Source: Hemiscyllium ocellatum (Eukaryota). From it: 64,000 nt of DNA. The position numbers were made by a program, and so were the translations under genes. The stretch spans positions 28,892,001 to 28,956,000 of the forward strand of contig NC_083413.1 of assembly GCF_020745735.1 (NCBI RefSeq), read 5' to 3'. Numbering within the stretch: position 1 is the first letter of the stretch; every line of letters begins with the position of its first letter. The notes beneath the pieces were generated by a model. It was not told where the DNA came from, ran no database searches, and worked only from the letters and a program-made list of their open reading frames with translations. This document shows positions 12,152 through 26,139 of this stretch, in pieces.

Positions 12152-14602
12152 CTGGTGGAACAAAGGAAAAATAATTACATTACAGACACATCGTTGCAAA
12201 TATTTACAACCATCTTGTTCTGTTCTTTTTAATGTGGTCTCAGGTGGTTACCAGAATAAGATGATAAATAGCTTACACAACTAATTGCACACTGCACTCT
12301 GTTCACTAACTAGTATATTGAGCTGTTCGTGCTGACATGCAATACGGCCTACTTCACTTTCCGCCTGATCTGTTTATGTTAGGGAACAATATTGTCCATT
12401 GGCATTAAAATAATTCAAATAACAAGCTTTTAAAAAATGCACAGTAAATTTTTTTAAAAGTGTGGCTTCACACAAGGGCAAACCTCAAGGAATGCGTTTC
12501 TACCTGGGTGGTCTCACCACCTTTTTCTTTAAATGAACTGTCAAGAATTAAACTGCCAATCTGAATGTTGACATTCCTTACCACATCTGCACTGATGCAC
12601 TCTGGAAGCCACACTGCACTGAAACAAAAGAGGAATCATGAAACATTATTCATTTCAAACCCTCTTTTGATATTAAAACTGATTCCTCTGGTAATATCAC
12701 TTTAGAGTCCAATTCACTAAAATGAGCTAAGAGTGTACACAAACTGGCAGGATTTTTAACTTCTTGACACTGCAGAAGAACATTATAACGTTTGTTAATT
12801 TGATTTTCATGAATTTGAAGGCAAACAAAATTCCCAATGGTAAATACCCATCTTCTGCAACTATAGCCTGTATTTCATTCCTGATTCAGGATAGCAGTTT
12901 ATCCTAAAATTCCAAACTAAATCTTTTAGCTATACAGGCGAATCTTACAAATCAGTAATCAGATGTGGAGGTACCTGTAATGGACTAATTGGAGTACAAC
13001 TTGGGGATTTAGAAACTGAATAATTGAAAATTGGATAGGATGCTTTGACTTTTGCAGGTGAAAATTACCCATGTATGCTCCACCACATGACCTGATTCAA
13101 AAGCACAGCAAGTGCAAAATTATTACTCTTTTTGTGGTTTACGGTATCAGAGTTTATCATATTCAATCTGCATGGCAGGGAAGATCGTTAGTTAACTGCA
13201 GACCTCAGGTTAAAAAAAAGTTAAAAAAAAATTTTGGTATTGCTGCTTCATTTCTTGAATAGAATACCACCAAGAATCAGGATGTGATTGGGACCAGATG
13301 GGGAATTGTGGGCTACTCAATGATAAAATTGAAAACCTTGGCTATGATCCATCTAACAGACTGAAAACAAAACACAGTAAAAGAATGTGTCGATCAGGTT
13401 AGACTGTCAAATTGAATTTATTGTGATTTTGTAATGTTTTACACATTGACCTGGAAGTTTGGTTGGTTCAATAAACTAATAAACACGCCAAAAACGCCAC
13501 CAATTATCTTTGTTAGGTGGATTCTACATGGAGAATTATTATTGAATGACCAACAACGACACACCAGACAATTTCAACAATGGCACTAACTTGATTACTT
13601 CTGGTTCAAAAATTGTGCTGCCCTTGAATCCCCAATACAACCATATTACACTTGGAGATCCCTGCCTGATCTGCAAAGCACTTGCCTGACATTATACAGA
13701 CTTTTCACAGCTCTAACATTGTGTCCTCAACAGTGAACAAAAAAACTTTCCTCTAACCTGGGGAATTTCAGTCCGTCATTCACATTTCCTGCACTATAAC
13801 TGAACATAAAAAAAGATTTTGAATGATGTATCATCTTATGAAATGAGGTTTAAAGATTATCAGAGATTGAAACCCAACAGCAAGCAACATGTCCTCAAAT
13901 CTCCAATCTCTGAGATCATCATCCATCCCCAGAAAGACAGATATTTTCCAAAAGGCAGTCAGCAGAAGCCATTTGGAATTGTTACTGTGCTAAGCATAGC
14001 TATAAATTAAGTGGAAAGACACAGTATAGATAAATTAAACAGTATGAATTCCAGACCTATCAATTTATTGTATAATTCCACCATTGACATTATTATTAAT
14101 TTGCAGCACCACTCAGAATCCTCTGTACTAATCTATAATATTATTTTAGTAGAACTTTATAAAATCGCTGCTCCTGTCCCGCTAATAGTTGTAAAGCACA
14201 ACACGAGAAAAATGGGATGTCAGATCCAGTAGGTAGATGATTGATTATAGAGCCATGTGATCAGAAGGTCAAATTTTAACTTCATTAGGACTTTTTGAAA
14301 ATGATTCACAAATATCAAGTGTAGGAATGCGATGGCACTCTAACATATCTATATATCTTTGTACAAAACTAAACTACCTCTCAGCTATAAAACGTCTGAG
14401 ATCATGGCTGTTATGTTTCATAAATTTAGATGCAACCATTTATTAAATTCCAATTCAAGTGAATATTACTAACTGTTTCTAATGTTTCACATATAAAATA
14501 GAAAAACAAACTGAGTTGTTATATTCAAACAAATACAATTTCTGCTTCCGAGGACTAGATTACAAAAATACATTACAGTGAAAACTTTGTTGACTATCAT
14601 AC

Positions 14603-14773
14603 CTTCTTTTGCTTTCTTCCAATGTACTTTAACTTGTAACTGGTTACCATGGAAATAGGGGACTGCTGCCTCCAGACTTTGAATGTCAAATATCTCATCA
14701 AGAGGTGGAAGCTCATTGGACACTGCATCTGAAGCACTGCCATGATTCGTTTGGATGTCTAGATAAAGGAACA
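14603..14773 (-). CDS. anos1: anosmin exon 9 (linker + FN3-3 start): (VFLYL)DIQTNHGSASDAVSNELPPLDEIFDIQSLEAAVPYFHGNQLQVKVHWKKAKE; acceptor at 14773 or 14758
   Basis: QLQVKV.WKK motif; donor GAA G|gtatga; two in-frame AG acceptors 15 nt apart. Confidence 0.9.
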
Positions 14774-15499
14774 CTAATCAAAAGCAAATTCTTCCCATTC
14801 TCCTCTTCCAAACATTGATTTGTGCAAGCATTTGAAATATTTAAATAAAATGTTGCAACTGTTAGAAAATGGCTTGCATTTCAAGCATTGTTCAGAGTTA
14901 TTTTAAACATCATTTCTCCCCATCCCCCATACAGCATATTTACAGGACCCTCAGACATAAACGTTTGACCTGTGGAATAGATCAGAAAACATGACACAGT
15001 TCAAAATCTCTTTGTACTTTCTTGGCCAAATTCCCCTTTCTTGAGTTCACCCTCCATACCTCACACTTAAACCAGATGTTTCAGATTCAAAAGCTTCTCA
15101 TACTTCAGTTGCTGAATGCTGCAACAATTACAGGTCACTAATGTGATCACACATTCATCAACTCCAAAATGTTTATACTACAATTATATATTCTAGCTCT
15201 GCCAAGTTAAAGATTAGGTAATAGGAAGCTGCTTGCTTCAAACCAATAAAGGTGTTGTGAACCTGTGTTTTGCAAATACCTGTATATATCTATGAAGAGA
15301 TGTGGAATTAATCAAGTTCACTTTCACTGTCACTCAGCAACTAAAACAGCTATTATTGGCAGGCATGAAATGTATCAGGAAGGAACAGGGGTGGTTTTGT
15401 GGACCCAAACTTTGTAGCATTTTGTGACCCTGTGGAGTACTACTGCACTATCCAGTGGAAAAACATGTATATCTGTCCATAAGTTAGTATGTGAGTGAG

Positions 15500-15596
15500 A
15501 TTCTGGTAGACAGACAGAAGGCTGGAAGAACACAGCAAGGCAGGCCGCATCAGGAGGTGGAGAAGTTGATGTTTCAGGTGTAGCCCTTCTTCAGAT
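15500..15596 (-). mobile_element. Penelope-derived short element with decayed hammerhead motif
   Basis: Minus strand CTGAAGAAGGGCTACACCTGAAACATC followed by ctcctgatgcggcctgccttgctgtgttcttccagc. Confidence 0.7.
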
Positions 15597-15815
15597 TTTG
15601 GTCTCGGCCACTCCATCTATGATTAAGCTGGGGCAGAGCTGAATAAAGATGTATTTTCCCACAGAGGAGGAGATTGGAAAATAGACAATACTTTCTGAGA
15701 CTCAACTTTTAATATCTGTTCCAGCTGTATTAGAAGCATTACAGAGAAACAGAAAGGATTCAGTTCTCTCCCTAATAAGTGTTATCAATAACAGACATGG
15801 TTTCATTGCTCTTAC

Positions 15816-15951
15816 CTGTGGAAGGGGTATTAAAAATGAGCAAAGTTTTGCTGCTCTTTAAGCGTTTTTGTCCCCAATTAGCCACTGCCTGCATTTGTAC
15901 CAGATATTGTGTGTTTGGTTGCAAACCTTCAATCTCAACTTCATGCTTGTC
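15816..15951 (-). CDS. anos1: anosmin exon 8 (FN3-2, C-terminal half): DKHEVEIEGLQPNTQYLVQMQAVANWGQKRLKSSKTLLIFNTPST
   Basis: tttcttttatag|GAC...ACA G|gtaaga; 136 nt; LQP...Y.V..QA...WGQ.RLKS motif. Confidence 0.95.
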
Positions 15952-17519
15952 CTATAAAAGAAATGCATAACTGAAATGTTATTAACTGTTTAGAACATTA
16001 TCTTTATGAATGCAAAGGAAATTTCTTGAATGCTACCGAGTTTCTGATGTTTAACAGTACTTCGGTTGATTTCTCTACTGAACCCCATTCTCACGGGTCA
16101 GGAGACAGGATAATTTAGACAATAATTTTAAAAAACTGCAAAAGCAACACTCAATATGCAAAGAGATACACCGGGATTAAGTGTGAAATCACATTTAATT
16201 TGCTTACCTACTCCCCATTCTTCCTCCATTCAGATAATTCAGTTTTACATGGTACCAAATACCCATGCTTAAAGATCAATCTGCAAAGTTCTTTTTCCAG
16301 AATCCTTTATGCTTTTAAGTCCTAAGTTAGTACGTTATCAATTGTCAATCACCTTACCTCCAAACCTTCATTGTATTGGAAAGGCAGAATTCAAGTTGGA
16401 CTTGTGGTAGAAATCATCTATTTTTGTCAGTTGTGAACTTGCCATTGCCTGAACCATATTATTTTATGGTCAAAAACACCAAGTTACACAAGGTAATTCT
16501 GACTAAATTCAGATGTAATACATTACTTACTTCAATGAATGCAACTTGGCACAAGTTGTGATGGTGGAAGAAGATTCAATAGTAATTTCAAAAGGGGATT
16601 GGATGGATCCTTGCAAGGAAAATGGGCAAAGGAGAGTGGGATTAGTTGGATAGGTCTTACGTAGGACTGAGACAGACATGATCTCCACCTCTCACTTACT
16701 TCTTTCTATGGGAAGAATTCTATGGGTTTCAGGTTCCCCTTGTTAGGGTTAACTCACAGTTGCAAGTCTGCATTGTGGGCGAAAGAGTTCCCTGGGCGTG
16801 ACTTTTCCTAAATCAACCATTGTGGCCAGAGTTCAATAGTTAAGTGGGGCAGACAAGTTATTTATGCTGGAAGACAAACACTAAGTCTCTCCAGTTCTGA
16901 AGAAGAATAAGGCTGCCTTTTCAGCTAAGGAAAAGAGAGAGGGGGCATCTATTTTGAGATTCCCTCTTTCGACATTTTGGAGTTTAAAATAAAAATAGAT
17001 GAGTAGCCAGTCACCATTGTGGAGTAGTCAGCTGCTTGTGGCTGCAGCTGAAGTTAGGCAGATAGGGATGGCCACTGGGTGCCTGGAGGGCAACTTGAAA
17101 ATTGGCCATTGGCTTCTGACAATATTCCTCAACAGACCTTCAAACAGTCTCAGCTGTATAGACTCCTGACTCCTGCCCCACACCATCCTAGCTCCAGGAA
17201 AATGATCCAGAATTCCAGAAAATAGTACATTGGCTGATGGCATGAAATTCTGTGCCATCCTGCTTCTGTTAATGAAATCCACTGGGACATAGAAATTCAA
17301 TCCAATGTTTCTAAGGCTTTCCATTACTCAATCCTTCTCTCCAATCACCTTTCATCTCTCGACCGAAAGAGATGTGAAGAAAGAATTTAGAACAGTGCAG
17401 GAGAATGGGAATGGTGGAAACACTGAATCAAATGGAATGATGAATTTCAAATACAAGCTATTACCGTATTAGTTATGCAAAGAAAGGAGCAGAGAGAAGT
17501 TGAGAGATAAAAACGAAGT

Positions 17520-18260
17520 ATAAAAATGTAGATAGCAGGAGCAGAAGAGAACCACTTGTCCCCTTGAACCTATTCTGCCAATCATTAATATTGTGGCTGA
17601 TCTGATTAGTCCACTTGAGGCAGAGATTTCCAAAGATTCACAACTCTCTGAGAAAATATTTCATCTCAGCTCTGTTTTAAATGAGTGACCCCTTATTTTT
17701 AAACAACAATCCATAGATTTAGATTTTCCTGCTATAGGAAAAATCACCTCCAAATTTACCTTGTCAGAATTTTACATGTTTCAAACAAGCCACCTTTTAT
17801 TCTTTCAAACCTCAGTAGAATCAAGATTAGCCTGTCCAAACTTTCCTCACAAGACATACTATTCTGTGTATTAGCCTAGTAATCCCTTTCTGGACTGTTT
17901 ACAACACATTTGCATCTTTCCGTAAATAGGAGGTCCATACTGTGCATGATATTGACTCAACAGTGCCTTACATATCCTGCTCATTTGATTATCCAATTCC
18001 TTAGAAATAAATGAAAGCATTATTTTAATTTTCTTAACTATTTGCTGTATCTGCATTCAAACCCTTTGTGATTCATATAGTAGGATTTCTAGATCCCCCT
18101 GCACCTCAGAACTCTGCAATCTCTTCCATTTAGACAATAGCAGACATTTTGGATTTTTCCAGATTGTACTCCATTTTGCCAGAATCATGTACATTCAATT
18201 AACTCTTCGTAGCATCCTTATGTCCGCTTTACAATTTACTTTCCTACCTGTCTTTGTGTT
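17520..18260 (-). mobile_element. Old CR1-type LINE 3' fragment
   Basis: Degenerate RT C-terminus (IVKK..IMLSFISK). Confidence 0.7.
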
Positions 18261-18264
18261 GGAG

Positions 18265-20230
18265 TAAGGGAGAAAGTAATGAGGTCTATATCAGGGCTAC
18301 TGTGCTTGTATGTGACTGGAATGGAATGCAGTGAATAAGACTGAAGGGTAAAAGGCAAGATTGCCAAATGGAATTATAATATTGAGGTGCTAACATACAT
18401 CTGGCTCAATGAAGGGCAGGACTCTCTAGATACAAATCTTTCAGAAAAGATAGGGAAAGAAGGAAATATGGAGAAATAGTGTATTAGTTAAGAAGAACAT
18501 TACAATGCTGGAGAAAGAGGATGTCCCAGAGGGTTCAAGGACAGAATTATCTTGGCTAGAGGAACAAAAGGAGTGAAATTAAATTATTCATTAAATTTAT
18601 AGACCACAAATTAGTTGAAAGAACGTAGAAGGACAAATCTCTAAGGAAATTACAGAAAGATGCAAACATTAAATAATGGAGAAATGTCCTTATCCAAATG
18701 TAGACTGGGCCAATAGTGTAAAGGGCAGAGAGGAGCAAACATTCCCAGATTGTGTTTAGGAAAATCTTTTTACAACAGTATGTGTTGAGTCCAACAAGAA
18801 CACATGCATTGTTGGACCTGGTCCCTGGAAATGAGACAGGAGATCAATGGTCACTGGGAGACATTTAGGAGACAGTGATCATTGCATTGTAATGTTTGGG
18901 ATGACAGTAAAAAAGGAGCAACTGGCCAGCCAAAGTATTAGGGAAAGCTGACTTCACGAAGGCAAGAAGGGAGCTGGGCTGGATATGTTACAACAAAAGG
19001 ACTGGTGAGAAAAACTGTAGCTAAACAATAGGCTACCTTCAAAAAAGAAGCAGTTTGGGCAGAGTCAAGGTATAAAGCAATGGTTAGGCATCCCTGGATG
19101 AAAAAGGAGATAGCAATTAAGATAAAGTAAAAGTATGCTTATGATAGGTGTTAGAAAATACAATTGACAATGAAGAGGAATACTGAAGGTTCAGAGGGGA
19201 GGTGAAAACACATATTATAGAAGCATTGAGGGATTATGATAAAAGACTGGTAGTCAATGTAAAGGGAAGTCTCAAAGTCTTCTGTAGGTAAGTAAATAGT
19301 ATAAGAGTGGTAAAAGGAGGAGACTGATTACTGACTAAAATGGGAATTTATACATGGAGGTATGGGGCATGGCTGAGGTATTAAATTAATATTTTGCATC
19401 TGTCTTTACCATGGAGTTGATGCTACTCAGCTATGGTGACAAAGGAGGAAACTCTGCCATGAGAAGGATTGAAAATTGGTAAAGAGAAGTGTTGGTTAGA
19501 CAGTTGGTACTTAAAGTTCACAAGGCACTGAAACCAGATGATGTGCATCCAAGGACATTCAAGAAAATAAGACTGGAAATTGCAGGGGCATGAGCCATAA
19601 CTTTTCAATATTTTCTTGACCCAAAGGAAGATAGAATCACAAACATTACGACTTTGTTCAAAAATTCAGAGATAGTGAAACTTCTCGAAACAGTTATTCA
19701 GGATTGGGGGATTAGTAGTCACATGAAAAGATAGGTTGCTGGTTGCTTAAGAAGAATCAGCATTGATTTTTAAAAAAGAAATTGTATTTAACTAGCTTGC
19801 TGAAAGTTATTTGCAGAGGTAACAGAAAGGGTTGATGAGGGTGATACAATGTACATGATCTTTCAGATATAATGCTACACAACTGACTTGTGAGAAGAAT
19901 TACAGCTTGTAGAACAAAAGGGAGCAGAACAATGTGTATACAAAATTAACTGAGTAACAGGACACAGAGGGTAATGATCAATGGAAGTTGTTGGGATGGA
20001 GGAAGGTTTGTAGTGGAGTTCTCCATGGAATGGTATTGGCACCCTTGCTTTTCCAGATGTATACTCTTTGTCTAGACCTTGATGTCTAGGAGACAATTTT
20101 GAAGTTTGCAGATGATACAAAAATGGGCAATTATTGCGAATTGTGAACTGAACAGTGTAGAGCTTCAAAAGGACATTGTCAAGTTAGCAGAGTGGCTAGA
20201 TAGTAGCAGATGAAGTTCAATGCAGAGAAG
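18265..20230 (+). mobile_element. Old CR1-type LINE ORF2 fragment (APE + RT), highly degenerate
   Basis: GDSDH (ggagacagtgatcat), FASVFT, KFADDTK and MKFNAEK motifs. Confidence 0.8.
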
Positions 20231-21680
20231 ATGAATTACAAATCCATATTAAAGATAAACTAATTAGCACTGCAAATAATTAAATACATAGATGAGCAGA
20301 TCAAGCAGTCTACTGATTTTGTAAAAAAAGGAAATTTCTGGAGATTGAGACTGTCAAGAATTGTTAACTGTGGGAAATGTTTATCTCTTCAGGTACTCTG
20401 GGCTTAGAGACATTGGACTGTGGGTAATGCACTTCACCATTCAAGCAAAACTTCTGTATAATTTATTAAAAGTGGGCACAATGCTTTAAAACATAAAAGT
20501 CAATAAACAGGTTTGAAGAGTAGATGGGTAAGTAACTTGAAATTAAATACTGTGATTTGGAAAACAATTGATCTACAATCTCGCAAAAGCATTCATCTAG
20601 AAAATTAACCTCATAAGTGCTTAATAGCAACAGATCTTACAAACTAATCAATGTTCTGGAAGAATCTGATTAGCTAGATAACTAAAATGTCGCTAGGGAA
20701 TTAATTCTATTGATTTGAGTTCTGCTGCACCACCAAATTGGATTTGGATGATCAAATTATTATGGAATATTCTGCAGTTCATTTATGTGCTTTGTTCAAG
20801 GTTGAGTAAGCTTAGATATAATTGGAATTTGGGGATTATTATAAGGAATTTCCTCAAATTATTGATAACAAATTACTTAAAGACGATATGCTTGTCATCT
20901 TTATTCCACTTGAAGTGATTGGGTTTTATTATACAAATTAGTCAGTAAACAGACTGAACACAATGCTGCACATTGATCTAATGCAAGCATTGGTTGTCAA
21001 TGTACATATTGACTGCAAAATTAATTGTAAAATGAAAGGCTGATTCATTCATAACCTACAAAGGCTCCAAAAGGAAACATAATGAAGTTGAAAACTGTGC
21101 AAATAAAACAAACCATAGAAAGGAAATAATTTTGCTTTATGCGAGCTAACACTCAAGAATCACTAACTTATTTCGAAAAACTAGTGTTGAATATCTGTTC
21201 AAAACATGAAGAGCAACATAGCCAAAATAAAACTGATCTCTGTCATGGCATTAGATGAAAATAACACAATTGCTTATAATTGATCTCTCAATTATGTACT
21301 AGTCAAAATAGGAAAATATTAACCATACTTTGAAATAGGATATGGGAAATAAACTTTCAATGAAGTGATCTTTTACCATGGATCACTGAAGGAAAACTAC
21401 AACTGTAAAGGAACAAAACCTTATACTCTAGATTATTGCCAAGACCTGCAGAAATACTGTGATTGTGAAAACCACAAATCAGGATTTTCCCATTTATGAA
21501 TGTAAGTAGATTCAGAAATCATTGTAGCCTTCATGTTTTGTGGTATTTGTTGAAGCAGGAGGAAGTAACTTGTATATTTTTGATCTAGTACCACTCATCT
21601 GCTTCAACTTGCATTAAACTCTCCCCTGAAGATGCGTCAAAAATCATGGCTGATTATCAGAATGACCCTCCCTCTATGTA

Positions 21681-21840
21681 CACGGAAAACTCGATGATCT
21701 GAACGACACAGATGGGGAGTATTTTGTTCAGATAATCGAATGCTGGATGACACAGTTTAGCCTAGCGTCGGGATCTTGCGATCTTGTTCAGATAATCCAA
21801 AATTTGGATAATCGAATGCCGGATAATCGAGGTTCCTCTG
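21681..21840. mobile_element. Tc1/mariner (pogo/Tigger-like) MITE
   Basis: TA at both flanks; imperfect TIRs cacggaaaactcgatgatctg vs cagaggaacctcgattatccg; internal gataatcg subrepeats. Confidence 0.75.
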
Positions 21841-23350
21841 TAATCTGGCAAAATACTTAACCTGGTGTGTGGAAAATTACAAGCGTAAAGCTCCATTCAC
21901 TACCATCGGACAAAGTGATTTCCAGCTCCCAGACTACTACATTTTTGCTAAATTGTTGCTAAATTACAGGATTGATAAATTCTTTTTTCAACACTTTCTA
22001 ATTTGACTGAAACAATTACACTTCTTTTGAACTAGAAATTGAAGATTATCTCCGAATCTTGTGTTTCCTCTCATTTTAACAGAACTACTGCAAAAAACAT
22101 CAGACTTGACTGACTGTTGCATTTCAACTCTCCCAGCTGACATGGTCAAATAACATTACAACAGGCGTGAAAACAACATTGCAGTTACTGATAGCTGTGT
22201 GATCCTACAAGTTATTCTCATATGTTTATCTTTTTAACAGATGTGCTCTGAGGTCCTATGAAACCTTTTTATGGTGCAATAGGAATACTTGAAGGGCATT
22301 TGAAATACCAAGAAGCATTTTATCAGTTTCCATGTTACATAAAAACTACACTTACAAATGGAATCAGCTCCATTTTTACACATCCCTGATGTCTGGTCAC
22401 ATGGTGGGCAGTGAGGCATTGGGCAAATCACAAGACCTCATTGGTTTCCTCCTGGGTCTCACCAAAGTGGCTATGGTTTTGCTGCCTGCCTTCTTGTATG
22501 CTTGAGGCCTTCCATAACTGGTGGGTACTACAGGAACTGGAAGGCATTTTGGGAAGTGTAACTAATATTAGTCTTGAATATAGTTGTAAAGAAAAACAGC
22601 TCGCTGAAGACATTTTTCTTTTACATCCCACAGGGCTCATGTAGGAATACCAAATTTCAAACAGTTATAACAATTTGTACAAAAGGAGAAACGGGGGTCA
22701 ACTATTTGGCCAATTGACTCAGGTTGGCTAATGTGTTACCATGGGGAACTTGAGGTGGAAGGCCTGAACATATTATTTTTGTTTGTTAAGAGTAAGTGCT
22801 TACATATGAAAGTATATTGCTTCTAACAACGTAAATGTGCTACAATACAAGGTTGAATGTTTAACTCACATTTATTGTTAGTGTAGTGTTGGATTGATAT
22901 TTAATATTGTTTGGAGGTTTTAAATAGTAGTGAAAAATTGATTTATTTGAAGTTTTTTGTGGAAAAGTCTGTATTGGTTTCTTTCAAATAGATCTTTGGA
23001 AGCTCATTGTGGACATTGGAAATTCTTTACTAACAAAGCTTCATGTAAATACCGTTACTGGTGATAATCGCTTGCCTTGCTGTAGGCCCCTTCTACTGCT
23101 GTTTTGAACAGTGACTAATTTGGGAGAGGTGCTTGTTTTACCTTGTTGGGATGGAGAGAAACCTGCTAAGAATAAGATGTGTTGGAGGAAAGTTCACAAA
23201 GATCAAGTTGCCCAGCTGTTCTCTTTCATTTGTGAAAAGAAAGCCCTTTACATCAGTTCATAATGAAATCTATTTCTTCTTTTGAAAGAATGATTGATGA
23301 TACATCTCAAAACTGTACTTTCTGGGTAAGTTGGGCTACAACACTTCAGA

Positions 23351-23626
23351 GTCAAGATTAGAGTGGTGCTGGAAAAGCACAGCAGATTCACTCGCTACCA
23401 CAGCCACATCTCTTTCCTCAGCACCTGCTCAGCATCTGCAGACCTCACTTTCTCCCAAAAGCACAGCAGGTCAGGCAGCATCCGAGGAGCAGGAAAATCA
23501 ATGTTTCAGGCAAAAGCCTTTCATCAGGAATCCTGATGAAGGGCTTTTGCCTGAAACGTTGATTTTCCTGCTCCTCGGATGCTGCCTGACCTGTGTGCTT
23601 TTCCAGCACCACTCTAATCTTGACCG
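23351..23626. mobile_element. Rearranged Penelope-derived fold-back element with TSD
   Basis: Palindrome centred at ~23530 (tcatcagga-a-tcctgatga); termini gtcaagattagagtggtgctgg / ccagcaccactctaatcttgac; flanks caacacttcagag (23339) / caacgcttcagag (23627). Confidence 0.88.
23526..23569 (+). ncRNA. Minimal type I hammerhead ribozyme motif
   Basis: aatc-CTGATGA-A-GGGC-tttt-GCCT-GAAAC-GTT-gatt, with helix I aatc/gatt; a mirrored copy lies on the minus strand at ~23497-23531. Confidence 0.75.
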
Positions 23627-23784
23627 CAACGCTTCAGAGACAACCGTGTATAGCTAGTGACGACCACACAGGCCTGAGAATGGCCCATTGTCCAAAGTGG
23701 TTATTTTTGTGAAAGCCAATATTTGTAGAGAAATCTTTTTGTTCTTATCGTGAAAAATGTGTGATGTGTTTACATGTATGTTTT

Positions 23785-25081
23785 AGAACATAGAACATAG
23801 GGTCCTTCGGCCTTTGATTTTGCGCTGACTTTTTACCCTATTCTAAGATCAAACTAACCTACGTACCTTTCATTTTACTATCAATCATGTGTCTCCCCAA
23901 GAGTCGCTTAAATGTCTCTAATGTATTTCACTCTACTACCATGGTTGGCAGTACATTCCACCACTTTCTGTGTAAAGAACCTATCTCTGACATCTGCCCA
24001 AACCTTACTCCAATCACCTTGAACTTATCCCCCCTTGTGATAGCCATATCGAACCTGGGAAAAGGCGACTGGCTATCCAGTCTATTTACGTCTCTCATCA
24101 TCTTGTACACCTCTATCAAGTCACCTCTCATCCTTCTTTGCTCCAATGAGAAAAGTCCTAGCTCCTTCAATCTTTCTTCATAAGGCATGCCCTCCCGTCC
24201 AGGCAGCTTCCTGGTAAATCTGCTCTGCGCCCTCTTTAAAGTTTCCACATCCTTCCTATAAGGAGACAACCAGAACTGAGCACAATATTCCAGGTGTGGT
24301 CTAGCCAGGGCATTATAGAGCTGCAGCATCACCACATGGCTCTTAAACTCAATCCCTCTGTTAATGAAGGCCAACATGCCACATGCCTTCTTAACAATCC
24401 TATCAACTTGAGTGGCAACTTTGAGGGAGCTTTGGATGTGAACCCCAAGGTCCCCCTGTTCTTCCACACCGCCAAGAATCCTGCCTCTAACCCTGTATTG
24501 TGCATTTAAATTCAACCTTCCAAACTGAATCACTTCATACTTTTCCAGGTTGAACTCCATCTGCCATTTGTCAGCATCGCTCTGCATCCTGTCAATGACC
24601 TGTTGCAACCTACAACAGCCCTCCACACTATCCATAACTCCATCATTTTGTGTTATCGGCAAACGTGCTAACTCACTTTTTCACTTCCTCATCCAAGTCA
24701 TTTATAAAAATCACGATGAGCAAATGTGCCAGAATAGATATCTGCGGAACACAACTGATCACCAAGCTCCAGGCTGAATATTTTCCATCTAATACCGTCC
24801 TCTGTCTTCTGTGGGCCAGCTAATTCTGTATCCAGTCAGCCGAATTTCCCTGTGGCCCATGCCTCCTAACTTTCAAAACAAGCCTACCATGGGGAACATT
24901 ATCAAAGGCCCTTGCTAAAATCCAAATACACTGCTCTACCTTCATCAATGTATTTTGTCACATCCTCAAAGAATTCAATAAAGCTTGTAAGGCGTGACCT
25001 GCCTCTCACATAGCCATGCTGACTATCTCTAATCAAATCATGCTTTTCCAAATAATTATAAATCCTGTCTCTCAGAATCCT
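23785..25081 (-). mobile_element. CR1-type LINE RT/3' fragment
   Basis: ORF 23928..24662 (WQMEFN, RPHLEYCAQFW, RRMRGDLIEVYK); (TTCTATG) tail. Confidence 0.92.
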
Positions 25082-25791
25082 CTCCAGTCTGAAAAAAAAT
25101 CCTCTACCACCACCCTCTGTCTTCTACCTTTGAGCCAGTTCTGTATCCAAATGGCTAGTTCTCTTTGTATTCCATGAGCTCTAACCTTGCTAATCAGTCT
25201 CCCATGGGGAACCTTGTCGAACGCTTACTGAAGTCCATATAGATCACATCTACTGCTCTGCCCTCATCAATCTACTTTGTTACTTCATCAAAAAACTCAA
25301 TTAAGTTTGTGAGACAAGATATCCCATGCACAAAGCCATGTTGACTATCCCGAATCAGTCCTTGCCTTTCCAAATACATGTACATCCTGTCCCTCAGGAT
25401 TACCTCCAACAACTTGCCCACCACTGAGGTCAAGCTCACTGGTCTATAGTTCCCTGGCTTGTCCTTACCACCCTTCTTAAACAGTGGTACCACATTTGCC
25501 AACCTCCAGTCTTCTGGCACCTCACCTGTAACTATCGATGAGACAAATATCTCAGCAAAAGGCCCAGGAATCACTTCTCTAGCTTCCCACAGAGTTCTCG
25601 GGTACACCTGATCAGGTCCTGGGGTTTATCCACCTTTAACTGTTTCAAGACATCCAGCACTTTCTCCTCTGTAATCTGGACATTTTGCAAGATGTCACCA
25701 TCTATTTCCCTACAGTCTATATGTTCCAAATCCTTTTCCACAATAAATACTGATGCAAAATATTCATTTAGTATCTCCCCCACTTTCTGTG
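25082..25791 (-). mobile_element. CR1/HER1 RT fragment, near-identical inverted copy of 30279-30981
   Basis: ORF 25272..25607 is nearly identical to ORF 30463..30798. Confidence 0.93.
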
Positions 25792-26040
25792 TGTCTAGAT
25801 TGAAAGCAGTAAAATTGAGACGTTGTTTTGCCTGGAAGGTGAGTTTGTGACCTTGGAAAGTGAGGAGGGAGGAGGTGAATGGGCAAGTGTTAAACCTTTT
25901 GTGATTGCATGGGAAGGTGTCATGGGGGAGTGAGGAAGTGTTGAGAATAATGGAGGCGTGCTGCATACAATGCTGCCTCCTTTACAGTGGAGTCTATTGT
26001 ATTGTTTACTCACAATGCCATCTCCTTTACATTGGCAGTC
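25792..26040. mobile_element. Penelope-like GIY-YIG fragment, internally inverted
   Basis: Minus: TFPCNHKRFNTCPFTSS...FTAFNL; plus from ~25991: VYCIVYSQCHLLYIG. Confidence 0.75.
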
Positions 26041-26139
26041 TGCTGTATGTGCTGGTAACAATCTGTTCAACGTTAAACATGTACTGTATAAGTAAGTGAA
26101 GATTGAAAATTATAATGACCACATATTAATGAGTGTGTT

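Noticed and set aside
16720-17310. GC-richer patches (also 22240-23330, 43930-44990, 11050-11620) possibly from DNA transposons
   Set aside because: Too degraded to assign a family or boundaries by eye.
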